Shown: positions 1-10,390, numbered from the stretch's first letter. The stretch: DNA of 64,000 bases from an uncultured virus (IMG/VR IMGVR_UViG_3300006213_000002) (IMGVR_UViG_3300006213_000002:62001-126000); one strand, 5' to 3'. Notes: generated by a model from the letters alone, not told the origin. Translations and numbers: made by a program.

Positions 1-38
1 AGTAATTATTTACCTAGAGTAACATTATAAAAATATAC

Positions 39-70
39 AAAAGGGAGACTAAATCTCCCTTTATTTTTTT
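39..70 (+). terminator. intrinsic terminator hairpin
   Basis: AAAGGGAGA-ctaaa-TCTCCCTTT followed by a T-rich tract. Confidence 0.7.
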
Positions 71-159
71 TATCCTCTTTTAGATAATTATATATTTTAA
101 ACTTGATACTTAATCTAAAAATTATAAAAATAATTTTATCTTAAGGAGGATTTAAACAT

Positions 160-1467
160 ATGGCAACAAAAAAAGCAGTGGATATAATAGCTGATCAATT
201 AGATATAATGCAAACATTTAATCCACTATCTGTAGCATTGAAAGAAAATGATAAAAAGAATCTATTCAATACTAATGCAATTACAGCATTTATTAGAACT
301 GGATATCCATTAATAGATTATTATTTTGGATCATTGATAAATGTACATGATGAATTAGGAAAATTAATTAGACAAGAACCAAGAATAGGCCAAGCAGCAG
401 GTACATTTAACCTTATAGTAGGAGCCAGTGGTTCTGGAAAAAGTACATTAGCAGAACAAATTGCTGCATATATACTTAGGCAATTTAAGTTAGCAAATGT
501 TATTCATTTTGATACAGAACAACGTACAGATATTAGTAGAATTGAATCTGTAACAAAATTACCAATACAATATTTTGCAAGTAAAGATGGTAGTACTCCA
601 AGATATATGTTAAAAAGTGGAGCAGTTAGTTTATCTATGATACAAGCTATGTTGGTACAAATGGCTGTAACTAAGATAAGGCTTAGAGAACAAATAAAAA
701 TTAATATGGGATATAATGATGAATTTGGTAAACCTGTAATTATACTACCTCCTACCATAGTTATTATTGATTCAATTACATCTGTTATAGATGAAACATT
801 CAATGTTGATAATTCTAAAGAAGTAAAAGATGCAGAAAAGATGAGGAGTAATACTGAAGGAGCAAGAGATGCAAAGACTCTTAAAGGTTTCTTTAAAGAT
901 ATACTTCCACTATGTAAAGAAGCCGATATTATCATTTATGGTATTAATCATATTAACACTAATATGAGTATGAATGCATTTACTCCAGTAGCTAGACAAC
1001 AAAATTATCTTAAACAAGATGAAAGTATACCAGGTGGAAAGACAATGTTATATTATCCGTATAACATTATTAAATTAACAGCTTTGCCATCTGATAACTT
1101 TACAATGGAGAGTGATGGTTTTGAAGGTCATTTAGTTAGATTTGAACCAATTAAATCATCTTCTAATCAATCAGGCAATGATAGTAAGGGTATATCTTTT
1201 GAACAAGTATTTTCATTTAAAGAAGGATTTGATTCATTACGTTCATTAATATTATATGGAAGGGAAAATGGATTCATAGAAGGTAATAAGACAAGATATA
1301 AATTTAAAAATGATCCAGAATGTACTTTCTCATGGAAAAATATTTATAACGAATTAAATGAAAAACCTATATGGAAAAATACTAAAGAAATAATTATTCC
1401 ACATCTTGAAACACATTTACCATGGATAGAAAATAAAGAATTCAATGATTGTCTATTAGATTATTAA
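160..1467 (+). CDS. uvsX: UvsX/RecA-family recombinase
   Basis: Walker A GASGSGKS, FDTEQ, Walker B IIIDSITS, INH, and IPGGKTMLYY resembling RecA GGxALKFY; AAGGAGG RBS. Confidence 0.8.
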   Translation: MATKKAVDIIADQLDIMQTFNPLSVALKENDKKNLFNTNAITAFIRTGYPLIDYYFGSLINVHDELGKLIRQEPRIGQAAGTFNLIVGASGSGKSTLAEQIAAYILRQFKLANVIHFDTEQRTDISRIESVTKLPIQYFASKDGSTPRYMLKSGAVSLSMIQAMLVQMAVTKIRLREQIKINMGYNDEFGKPVIILPPTIVIIDSITSVIDETFNVDNSKEVKDAEKMRSNTEGARDAKTLKGFFKDILPLCKEADIIIYGINHINTNMSMNAFTPVARQQNYLKQDESIPGGKTMLYYPYNIIKLTALPSDNFTMESDGFEGHLVRFEPIKSSSNQSGNDSKGISFEQVFSFKEGFDSLRSLILYGRENGFIEGNKTRYKFKNDPECTFSWKNIYNELNEKPIWKNTKEIIIPHLETHLPWIENKEFNDCLLDY

Positions 1468-1502
1468 AAATAAAGGGTGGTTTAATTCCACCCTTTATTT
1501 TT
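1466..1502. terminator. bidirectional intrinsic terminator
   Basis: AAAAATAAAGGGTGG / CCACCCTTTATTTTT inverted repeat between convergent genes. Confidence 0.85.
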
Positions 1503-1563
1503 ATATTATTTATATGATAATCCTAAATGCAGTATGTTTATTATAATCGACATAATATAAACT

Positions 1564-2412
1564 TTATAAATATTTTATAATGTAACCATCAAAATCAGCT
1601 CCAGTAATTAATATTTGTTCACATAATTTTTCGATTGTATCTTTATCAGTAACCTGTATCGTATTAAGTTTCTTATATGATTTTTCTTTTTCATTATTTT
1701 CTTGGAATAATTGAGAGTATTTTATGGAACCATAATCAAAATCATTAGGTCTATTATATACAAATAAATCACATATTTTTTTGCATTCTTCTTCAGATTC
1801 AGCTAATACAAACATAATATCATTAAATGATATTAATGGATAATGTACTACTAGCCAAATATTTTCTTTAGTATAATAAACCTTATCATCAGAAAAAGGA
1901 ACACTTATAGCACATTTATTATCTTTCTTAAGATTAATAATATTTATTGATGTTTTATAACCAAATTTTGTCAAAACATTAATAACATGATTCGAAGATT
2001 CATTAGTTATTTTATTAGATACATCATCTTCAGATATATTTTCTTTTATTAATTTTGGAAAATTAATAAATTTATAATTATCATGAAATGTACGTTTATC
2101 AAATATATGTATCTTAAATATCATTTCTGCTTCTTCTTGTGACATTGCAAATATGAAAAATACTTTTGAAATTTTACTTGATGGATATGGAGCAACTAAC
2201 CATAGATCATCTCTATAATAAGTAATAGCAACACTATTACTATTAACTACAACTATTTCTTCATTATTTATAATTTTATCATAGCCAATTTTTACACAAG
2301 TACCAAATTTAGTCATAATGCTCAAAGTTACTTTATTAAAATCTTTATTAGCTTTACTTATTTCATCAATATATTCATTTATAATATTATTTAACATTAT
2401 AATTACCTCCAT
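1564..2412 (-). CDS. hypothetical protein with internal two-domain duplication
   Basis: 282-aa ORF; TKFG...LWLVAPYP...FAMSQEEA recurs as TKFG...IWLVVHYP...LAESEEEC; true start may be a few codons downstream. Confidence 0.7.
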   Translation of the reverse strand: MEVIIMLNNIINEYIDEISKANKDFNKVTLSIMTKFGTCVKIGYDKIINNEEIVVVNSNSVAITYYRDDLWLVAPYPSSKISKVFFIFAMSQEEAEMIFKIHIFDKRTFHDNYKFINFPKLIKENISEDDVSNKITNESSNHVINVLTKFGYKTSINIINLKKDNKCAISVPFSDDKVYYTKENIWLVVHYPLISFNDIMFVLAESEEECKKICDLFVYNRPNDFDYGSIKYSQLFQENNEKEKSYKKLNTIQVTDKDTIEKLCEQILITGADFDGYIIKYL

Positions 2413-2468
2413 AAAATAAAAATATTAGAGAGGATTCAAATCCTCTCTAATAAATTTGTATGTTTAAT

Positions 2469-2888
2469 TTATTTTTTCTTCACGGTCTTCTTCTGCGACA
2501 CTGGTTTTGTGTTTTTTGTAGTCTTGTTATTTAAAGGCTTTGTAGGTTTATTCTGATTACTGGGTTTATTGTTAATAAGCTTTGTTTGTTTCTGCCTATT
2601 ATTAGCAGGAATCTTTTCTTCTTTTGTAACCGGTACATCACCCATTACAACATTTGAACATATAGGTCCATTTTCATTTTCACCAGTAACATTAAATGAT
2701 ACTTCAGCTCCTTTATCAAGACCTGTATATATACGACCTTTTGTGATACCAGAATGATGGACAAAATATTGTTTTCCATTTTTGTCTTCAATAAACCCAT
2801 ATCCTTTTTTAATATCAAACCATTTAACTTTACCAGTCAATGTTTGATTTTTGATTGCCTGATTGATTTTGTCTTTCATTTCTCCCAT
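2469..2888 (-). CDS. cold-shock domain protein with Lys/Asn-rich tail
   Basis: TGKVKWFDIKKGYGFI (RNP1) and YFVHHSGI (RNP2), classic CSD. Confidence 0.9.
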   Translation of the reverse strand: MGEMKDKINQAIKNQTLTGKVKWFDIKKGYGFIEDKNGKQYFVHHSGITKGRIYTGLDKGAEVSFNVTGENENGPICSNVVMGDVPVTKEEKIPANNRQKQTKLINNKPSNQNKPTKPLNNKTTKNTKPVSQKKTVKKK

Positions 2889-2913
2889 ATAAATTTACTC
2901 CTCTTATATTAAT

Positions 2914-3696
2914 TTATTTAATTTTCGCCTTTTCTTCGCCTGCAATAATCTGTCTTACATGTGAATTTTCTTCATATTCTTTCAAATAAGGATCCTGAAT
3001 AACTGAAAATTCAATGATATCATTAGAAATCCGATAAATATCTTCAATCTTAATTGTACCATCTACTTTCTTTGTATCTTTATCAGCAAGCATATCATAA
3101 ATAATAGGCTCAATAGCTGCAGAAAATGCAATCCATACAGATCCATTCTTAGCCTTAATTAATTTAGGATAAATATATTCTTTAATATCAAGAATATACT
3201 TTTCATCCATTCCAAATGCTTCTTCAAGATTATCAAGAACTTTATAATCTTTCAACCATTCTTTTACCTTATCTGCATTAAACTTATAACGTTCCACAAG
3301 ATTTTTCATCTCACTATTAACATATTTAATGTTATCAGAAGATGCTCCAATCTTACCATACCATCCAAAGTCTTCATAATTTTCAATAATCTGATGACTG
3401 AATGCAATACGTAATGATGCATATGATCTATGTGGTTCAAATGATTTCTTCTTTTTCTTTTCACAATAGATTGGAACAACCTCAACTTTCACATCTTTAA
3501 CAAAAACACGTGATGTTTCAATCAGAAAATTTTCAATATCTTTTGATGTGATTCGATATGGAAATTTAACACCAACAGGCATTATTCGTGATCTATTCTT
3601 TGGAGCAAACCCCATAAGATCAACTTCCATAGAAATATCATTCACTTCTCCACATGCACCACACACAATGGAACTATTAATTTTTTCTTTATGCAT
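2914..3696 (-). CDS. hypothetical protein
   Basis: 260-aa ORF, AAAGGAGG RBS, N-terminal CGAC. Confidence 0.75.
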   Translation of the reverse strand: MHKEKINSSIVCGACGEVNDISMEVDLMGFAPKNRSRIMPVGVKFPYRITSKDIENFLIETSRVFVKDVKVEVVPIYCEKKKKKSFEPHRSYASLRIAFSHQIIENYEDFGWYGKIGASSDNIKYVNSEMKNLVERYKFNADKVKEWLKDYKVLDNLEEAFGMDEKYILDIKEYIYPKLIKAKNGSVWIAFSAAIEPIIYDMLADKDTKKVDGTIKIEDIYRISNDIIEFSVIQDPYLKEYEENSHVRQIIAGEEKAKIK

Positions 3697-3797
3697 TGCG
3701 TATTCCTCCTTTTATTTGGCAATGTTTATTTTGTTAATCACCTTGTATCATATATAAAAAGTTTTTATTACATGATACAAATAAAGAATATATCATT

Positions 3798-5194
3798 TTA
3801 TTCTATATCTTCAATTATATCATCTGGATTTAATGTATATAATGTTACTACACTGACATGCTTTGCTTTCAATGCCAAATTTAAATCAGCATGTGAAATT
3901 TGTATACCAAATAATCCAGCATATTCAATATCCAACATATAGAATAGTCTACCTGCACACTTCTCACATATACATTCATCTTTGCATGACATAGGTGATC
4001 TCATTTTAACTGTTTTACCTACATATTTATTTATATTATCTTTGGTTAATAATACAAGACTATCACCTTCTGCAATATATGTATATAATACATTATCTTT
4101 ATTCTTTTTAGTAATTTTTAATGGTATAAGATTTTTAGTACCGCAGTCTGTTCCTTCTGCTGCACATCTCATCATCTGTAATAATGCCAAAATCTTCTTT
4201 CCAAGATATCCAGCATCAGCAGTACCAATAGATGCTGGGAATTGAGATGCTAATATACTATTAGCATGTGCAGGTATATCATGTACATCTATACCATCCA
4301 TAAATGATGTACCAATGAAATCATATTCATTAGTAATTTTATTTAATACTGCACCTTTGATAATAGAATTATTTTTATAATTATTAGCAAAATCAAGATC
4401 ACCTGATAAATATAAATCCATACCAGGATCATCTTTTAATAATTCTTTTGCATAATCAATTAATTCTTTACTAATATTAGTCATAACATCTACATTACCA
4501 CTAGCTAATTCTTTTTCATATTTTTTAATTAATTCTTTCTTTTTAGCTGTTATCTCTGGTAAGGGACTTAACATTTTTTCTGATAATGTATGTGCTAACA
4601 TTCCATTCAACCAATAACCAAGATTATCTCGTCTATCTACATAAGCATTAAATTCTTTTTTACCTATTTTATTCTCTTGCCATAATTGAGCAATCAAATT
4701 ATCAAGATCACCTAGTTTACCCTTATTTATAACTTCATTGATATAATGAGTTAAAGATATAACTCCTGATCCTTCTAATAAGAATTTATTCATAACGAAT
4801 CTACCTATAGTAGTATCAATCTTTGGTTGATTATTATAGAAATAATTTGCAGGTACTACAAATTTATCCCATGTATTATGTTTGCATTTAATTTTCTTAG
4901 TAGAATTACCATTAGTACAATCCACTCTATCAGCAAACATTTTTGTTAGAAAAGATAAAGTAAAATTATCTGGATTCATATTTATATAAGTTAAATGATC
5001 TGATTCATTTACTAACTTAGCTTCTTTTCCATCTTTAGTTAATTCATAGAAAGAGTTAAATACCTCTTTAGCTGTTACTTTAGCATTAGTACCTGTTATA
5101 GCTAAACAACTCATTTTAGTACCCATAATCATTTCTGCTTCAGCATTAGCTTCATCAGAATATATACCTCTTTCTGATACCTGATCTCCATCAA
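3798..5194 (-). CDS. rpoC: RNA polymerase beta'-like subunit, exon 2
   Basis: Starts TT GAT GGA GAT CAG (..F D G D Q); bridge helix TADAGYLGKK, DCGT, RSPMSC..CEKC zinc site, trigger-loop-like ALKAKH; spliced CDS 2808 nt = 935 aa. Confidence 0.9.
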
Positions 5195-5216
5195 CATATA
5201 CAAGAAACTTTTTTAT

Positions 5217-5228
5217 TTATATATTATA
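5217..5228 (+). promoter_or_regulatory. intron-internal promoter motif upstream of the antisense endonuclease
   Basis: TTATATATTATA, the same motif found upstream of many non-structural genes in this window. Confidence 0.55.
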
Positions 5229-5303
5229 TTTATCGAGCATATACAGTATAATAAGTGAAGAGATAGTCTACCAGTTGCTTGTGAAAAGAAAAGGAGACTA
5301 ACT

Positions 5304-6170
5304 ATGAAAGAAGATATTATAAAACAAAACCGTGAAATGTTAAAATTATTTATTAACAATAGACCTATAGCAAAAGATTATCAAATTGATAGAAATCATT
5401 TTGGTCTACCATTTGGATACATATATTGTATTGAAAACCTTAAAAATCATAAAAAATATATAGGTTCTACTTATTCTAATTGGACAGGTGTTCCTGAAAC
5501 AAATACTATTGTTCAATTAAGAAAAAGAGCATCTGACTATCTTTATGAATATAATATGATTATGAAAAATAAAAATTTAACCACAGCAAGTAGATTTAAT
5601 AGACCTATTATTCAAGCTATGGTAGCTGAAGGCTTTAATAACTTTATTATGTATCCAATGGCTGAAACAACAAAATTTGATCATAATGAAAAAGAAAAAT
5701 ATTTCATTAACTTCTTTGATACTATTAAAAATGGATATAATATAGTAAGAGGAGGAGCATCCAATAATAGAATTGGAACAAAGTTAATGGCTAGAGATAA
5801 ACTCCTCAGATCTGAAGGTGTTATATGTATCCATGTTAATAATAAAAAGATATTATTTTCTGATTCTATGAAACTCTTTGGAGACTATATGAATAGCTCT
5901 AAAGATATGATCAAAAACTCTGTACGCAAAGGTAGACCTTACAAAGGTTGGTTTATATTTTATATTAATCCTGATAAAAGAGCTTATATCCTAAATAAAA
6001 ATGTATTAGGAGATGGATTGCCTGTAGGTGACCGCCATTCAGATAAATCTAAACAGTTTTATCAGGAATTATATACTACTGTAAATTTATATTTAATGGA
6101 TAATGCTAAATCAGATCAATTTCCAGGATTTGAATTATTACCACCATTAGAATATAAAGATGAAAAATAA
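5304..6170 (+). CDS. GIY-YIG homing endonuclease, antisense to the host intron
   Basis: GYIYCIENLKNHKKYIGST, EKYFINFFDTIKNGYN; AAAGGAG RBS. Confidence 0.9.
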   Translation: MKEDIIKQNREMLKLFINNRPIAKDYQIDRNHFGLPFGYIYCIENLKNHKKYIGSTYSNWTGVPETNTIVQLRKRASDYLYEYNMIMKNKNLTTASRFNRPIIQAMVAEGFNNFIMYPMAETTKFDHNEKEKYFINFFDTIKNGYNIVRGGASNNRIGTKLMARDKLLRSEGVICIHVNNKKILFSDSMKLFGDYMNSSKDMIKNSVRKGRPYKGWFIFYINPDKRAYILNKNVLGDGLPVGDRHSDKSKQFYQELYTTVNLYLMDNAKSDQFPGFELLPPLEYKDEK

Positions 6171-6545
6171 TAAATAAAAAAGTTAATTGAAATTGGACTA
6201 TCTCTTCACCCAAAGAAATATAAAAATAAAATTCTATGGAGAGTGGCACTTCGAAATACAGCATTCCACCATATTCCTACATAACTAGTCTCTACACTTG
6301 TTCCTCGATATCATATCGATTCTTTAGCACGGTATTAAAATCTATCCTATTATATAGGAAATCATTATCTCTTATGAAGCGTATTCGACTGTTTAAATTA
6401 GATATATCGGGCTATTATATATCCCAGCTTATTTAACTTCTACCGTTAGCAATAATAAAATCATATTATCACACCGCTTGTTAAGCGTTCACCACTTTAT
6501 TCTTGTAGAATATTACTATTCTAGCCGACCCCAATTTTGAAATCA

Positions 6546-7956
6546 AATCGGCACCCATACCATCCAGATGTGCATTTGCCATAACCAATGTATCTATAAA
6601 TTGAATGCCCACCTTGTCTTCTTCTGTATTAAAATTAATATCAGGATAAAAAGGATACTCTTTTCCATTAAATATCAATTTAATATGTCTACGTGTTGAT
6701 GATACTCTTATCTTATTAAAATAAATACCCTTGTCTGTACCAACTGGGTATCTGCTAACCATAATATGACGTTTTTCACATACATCAACACATGCTAAAT
6801 ATAATAGATCCGTTACAGTCATTGCTCTATTTAGAACTGTACTTGCATTATTAGGTAATATCACTTTACCTTTCAATATCACAGAGCATTTCTTTACTAT
6901 AGAGCCTTTTTGTAATGGAATTTCAACATCAACAATTAATTTTTTAAATCTATTATCTGGATTTAAAATATAATCATTAATAATCTTTTTAATATTTTTT
7001 TCAGAAAATTGAGCTTCAGCATCTTTTATACTACCTACTACTTCTCTATTCGTTTCTTGATCATAGAAAACTATTGCATTTGGATCATTAATAATTTCTC
7101 TTTGAAAGAAATTAGTTAACCATGCTTCAATAAATGGATAGAATAATGAACAACAATGTGATATTGGTACTGCTGAATGATCCATATCTACCATACTATC
7201 TTCTAATCGCTCATTATTATAATTATTAGATGATATAACTGCTCTAGTACCATAATCAACTGATTTACCCAATAGATTCTTTCTAATCAAACCATGTTTT
7301 TTTGATATTTGATTTTTGAAATAATCTATTATTTCTACTAATGTTTCTTGTACTTTATATTGAGTAGAATATTGTCTATATGCAAATATTCCTCCCTCTG
7401 ATAATAATGCTACTGATCGTAATAATTTTAAATATAAATCATTTAATTCATTTACATGATCACTATTATCAATTGTACCTGCAATAGTTACATCACGATA
7501 TGCAGGAGGACATACTAACATTTTATCAATAAAAACATCATCTCTTTTTAATGTCTTCATTAATTCTTTATTAACTTGATTGGCTGATTTACTTTTACTC
7601 CAATCAATTTCATCCCAATGTTCATATAATTTGTCTATACCTGTCCATCCTGTTTCATCTTCAACCATTATGCCATCGCGTATAATAAATTTTCTTTGAC
7701 CTGAAATACAATATGTGATATTACGTTGCATTCGTTTAATTACTTTATCATATAAATGAGGATGAATAAAATGACGTTTTAATGTAATATATGCAAATGT
7801 ACTTCGTCTATCACTTTTAGATTGACCAAATATATCATGTGATAATAATCCACCTGGCTCAAATGTCATCTTATTTGAAAACAATCGCACAGACGTTACT
7901 TCACGTAATTTATTAACATCAATTAATGTATCAATATCTAATAAATCAATTTTCAT
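6546..7956 (-). CDS. rpoC: RNA polymerase beta'-like subunit, exon 1
   Basis: GLLSHDIFG, FAYITL, CPPAYRD, KHGLIRKNLLGKSVDY, SRYP; ends ...GMGAD at the intron. Confidence 0.9.
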
Positions 7957-8074
7957 TATATTTATCTCCTTTCTTTAATAAACTTTATAATCACTGTAAC
8001 TAAATAAGAGCAATATAAGATAGGACCATATGGTCCTATCTTATATCACATGAATTGAGAGTTGTGAGCATATA

Positions 8075-8548
8075 TCAAATATTAGAAGTTGTCTTTTTCA
8101 TTTTGTAATCATAAACAACTTTTTCAATCATATTGTCTATAATTACTTCTAACTGTTCCTTTCCACCAATGATAGTCAATAGATCACTATCATCATCTTT
8201 AAGTTGAGGTGGTAATGATGCCATTATACATTCTTTAGCAGCATCTAATAATATCTGCTTTTGTTCATCAGTAAGCTTAGGACATTCAATTTTAAATTGA
8301 TCTGCTGTTTGCATATTTGAACCTACTGCTGTTTCTACGATCTTTTGTAATTGCTCCAAAAGCAATGTTTTAATTGTATTCTTTTGTGATATAGATTCAA
8401 GGTCATTTTTTGCAATGATAGAATCTACAATTTTCTTTCCATAGCTTTTAACTATTACGACTGCACTTGAAGCTAATGCTAAAAGCAATGGAATCATAAT
8501 TGAATTAATTAAAATATCTAATACTTCATTAATAGTTTGAGTTGACAT
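8075..8548 (-). CDS. putative holin-like membrane protein
   Basis: Single N-terminal hydrophobic helix, then IVETAVGSNMQT...LTDEQK, reminiscent of LL-H-type phage holins. Confidence 0.45.
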   Translation of the reverse strand: MSTQTINEVLDILINSIMIPLLLALASSAVVIVKSYGKKIVDSIIAKNDLESISQKNTIKTLLLEQLQKIVETAVGSNMQTADQFKIECPKLTDEQKQILLDAAKECIMASLPPQLKDDDSDLLTIIGGKEQLEVIIDNMIEKVVYDYKMKKTTSNI

Positions 8549-8671
8549 AGTTACTATCTCCTTTCTATACTTTGTTATATATTCGTATATGAAATATAAA
8601 TTATAAATCTAAATAATTACTATATTTATTATAAATATAGTAATTATTTAGTATATTGGAGGTATAATAAT

Positions 8672-9310
8672 ATGAAACAATTAAAGGATAATGGTATAAA
8701 AGAATTAATAAGATTAACAAAGAATGAATTAAAAAATAAAGCAAATATTAACCATAACCATGATAGTGTATATAGTAAAACTAATCATACTCATAGTAAT
8801 TATTCATTAACTACACATAATCATGATAGTGTATATAGTAAAACTAATCATACTCATAGTTATGCAGCATCATCTCATAATCATGATGATAGATATTATA
8901 CTGAGAGCGAAATGAATACAAAATTAAATAATAAGCAAGATAAAGTTAAACTTAACATGTATGAAAGTATTGCTAAATATAGAAGTTACATAGATAAAAA
9001 ATTAGAATTTATTCATTTTTATCCTATTAGACAAGGTGCTAAAGGTGATACTTATACATTAGACTCATCAACTAATAATCATTTGATATTTATGGCTTTA
9101 TTTAAAAGTAGCAATAAAGATTCATGTGTAATGATGTATATAATTGATTCAACTACTGGTTCATGTAAATATAGTAATATAATAAACGCTACTGCCAGTA
9201 CTAACTTTTTTAATCCAGGCTCTTATTGTAATTTCAATAGTGATAATAATAGGTTTACTTATTCATTTGATAATGATGTATATGGATTTTTCTTAACTTT
9301 TAATTTTTAA
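8672..9310 (+). CDS. tail-fibre-like protein with HxH repeats
   Basis: HNHDSVYSKTNHTHS twice, plus HNHDDRYYTESE. Confidence 0.6.
   Translation: MKQLKDNGIKELIRLTKNELKNKANINHNHDSVYSKTNHTHSNYSLTTHNHDSVYSKTNHTHSYAASSHNHDDRYYTESEMNTKLNNKQDKVKLNMYESIAKYRSYIDKKLEFIHFYPIRQGAKGDTYTLDSSTNNHLIFMALFKSSNKDSCVMMYIIDSTTGSCKYSNIINATASTNFFNPGSYCNFNSDNNRFTYSFDNDVYGFFLTFNF
8753..8860 (+). repeat. 45-bp direct repeat, period 63
   Basis: 8753-8797 and 8816-8860 are 44/45 identical. Confidence 0.9.
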
Positions 9311-9378
9311 ATCTTATAAAAATAAAATAGGGATATATTTCAATCCCTAAATTATTATTATTGAAGAATCAGTAATAA

Positions 9379-9636
9379 TTACTGATTCTTCATCATTTCT
9401 TCTTTAATTTCTTCATCGATGATTTGATTTGCAATTTCACGCTGTGCATCAAACACTGTTTTGATGATAAGATCTGATACTAATGCCATAAGTAATGAGC
9501 TAATGAATGTTCTAATCCAGTTGTCTTTTTTCATGATCTTTTTAATCACGTTACTTATAGCTACATTGATTGGCCATGCTGATAAACCTGCAATATATAT
9601 CAAGCACTGAATTTTTCTTAATTCCTTTAATTTCAT
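9379..9636 (-). CDS. small hypothetical membrane protein
   Basis: 85 aa, two hydrophobic segments, AAGGAGG RBS. Confidence 0.65.
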   Translation of the reverse strand: MKLKELRKIQCLIYIAGLSAWPINVAISNVIKKIMKKDNWIRTFISSLLMALVSDLIIKTVFDAQREIANQIIDEEIKEEMMKNQ

Positions 9637-9651
9637 TTTAATATCCTCCTT

Positions 9652-10293
9652 TTAATATCCGATTCTTTCTATGATACTGTTTACAAATTTCTTAATTCCG
9701 TTATATAAAGTATTCTGATCATCATCTACAATGATCATTTCAACTAATGATTTAAATAAATCTGCCTCCCCAGAAAAATCCTTTGAAAATTCTTCTGCTA
9801 ATGATCCATCGGATCTTATTGGAGTGATTCTAATATAATCTTTATAACATATGATGTCCCATACCTTCTCATAAGCTGCTTCAACATCAAGTGTATCTCC
9901 AAACATACTCACATGATCATTTGAATATCTTAATTGAAATACTTTCTGATTAATATTATCTGCTGGCATGAATGGAACCAAGATATACGATTTTGTTTTC
10001 AATACAAAATCAATAAATTCCTTAACTGTAACACTGTTTTTCTTTTTAGGTACATTAAGAGAAGGAATTGTTGATGTATGAATTCCATCTTTAAATGAAC
10101 CTGAACAAACAGTAGTAATTGGAGTGTAGTGCATAAGATTTCCATCACAACGTTCAAAATAATTATTATCTACTTTGAATGAAAAATCCTGTATGTTAAA
10201 ATGATCAGCTGCATTTAATACTGCCTCTATGAAATATTTAGAAGCAATTTCCTTTCCAAGTTTCTCTTCAACTGTTATGTCATTTTGATCCAT
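9652..10293 (-). CDS. hypothetical protein
   Basis: 213-aa ORF with AAAGGAG RBS and upstream promoter motif. Confidence 0.75.
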   Translation of the reverse strand: MDQNDITVEEKLGKEIASKYFIEAVLNAADHFNIQDFSFKVDNNYFERCDGNLMHYTPITTVCSGSFKDGIHTSTIPSLNVPKKKNSVTVKEFIDFVLKTKSYILVPFMPADNINQKVFQLRYSNDHVSMFGDTLDVEAAYEKVWDIICYKDYIRITPIRSDGSLAEEFSKDFSGEADLFKSLVEMIIVDDDQNTLYNGIKKFVNSIIERIGY

Positions 10294-10390
10294 AATAAAC
10301 TCTCCTTTCTTTTTATATTATTTTTTATTATAGATTCATAATTATAATATATCATGCAATAAAATAAATATACGATAAAAATAAAGGGGA

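Larger units (their letters stand above)
5195..6545 (-). mobile_element. group I intron (1351 nt) in the RNAP catalytic motif
   Basis: 5' exon GCCGAUU pairs with GGUCGGC (U.G at splice site); core elements GCTAACGGT (6450-6442), AATACCGTGCTAA (6336-6324), GTGTAGAGACTA (6297-6286), GAAGAGATAGTCC (6207-6195); terminal G at 5195; splicing restores GADFDGD. Confidence 0.92.

Noticed and set aside
6236..6436. 66-aa plus-strand ORF
   Set aside because: It is the antisense of the intron catalytic core and has no RBS
6481..6545. C-terminal LISKLGSARIV... of the 491-aa ORF (likewise KLSMSA at 53759-53779, and the starts called at 5132 and 54963)
   Set aside because: These are read-through into, or starts next to, intron sequence; splicing gives the real frames
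8672..9310. Diversity-generating retroelement target
   Set aside because: No reverse transcriptase and no template/variable repeat pair differing at adenines was seen in this window
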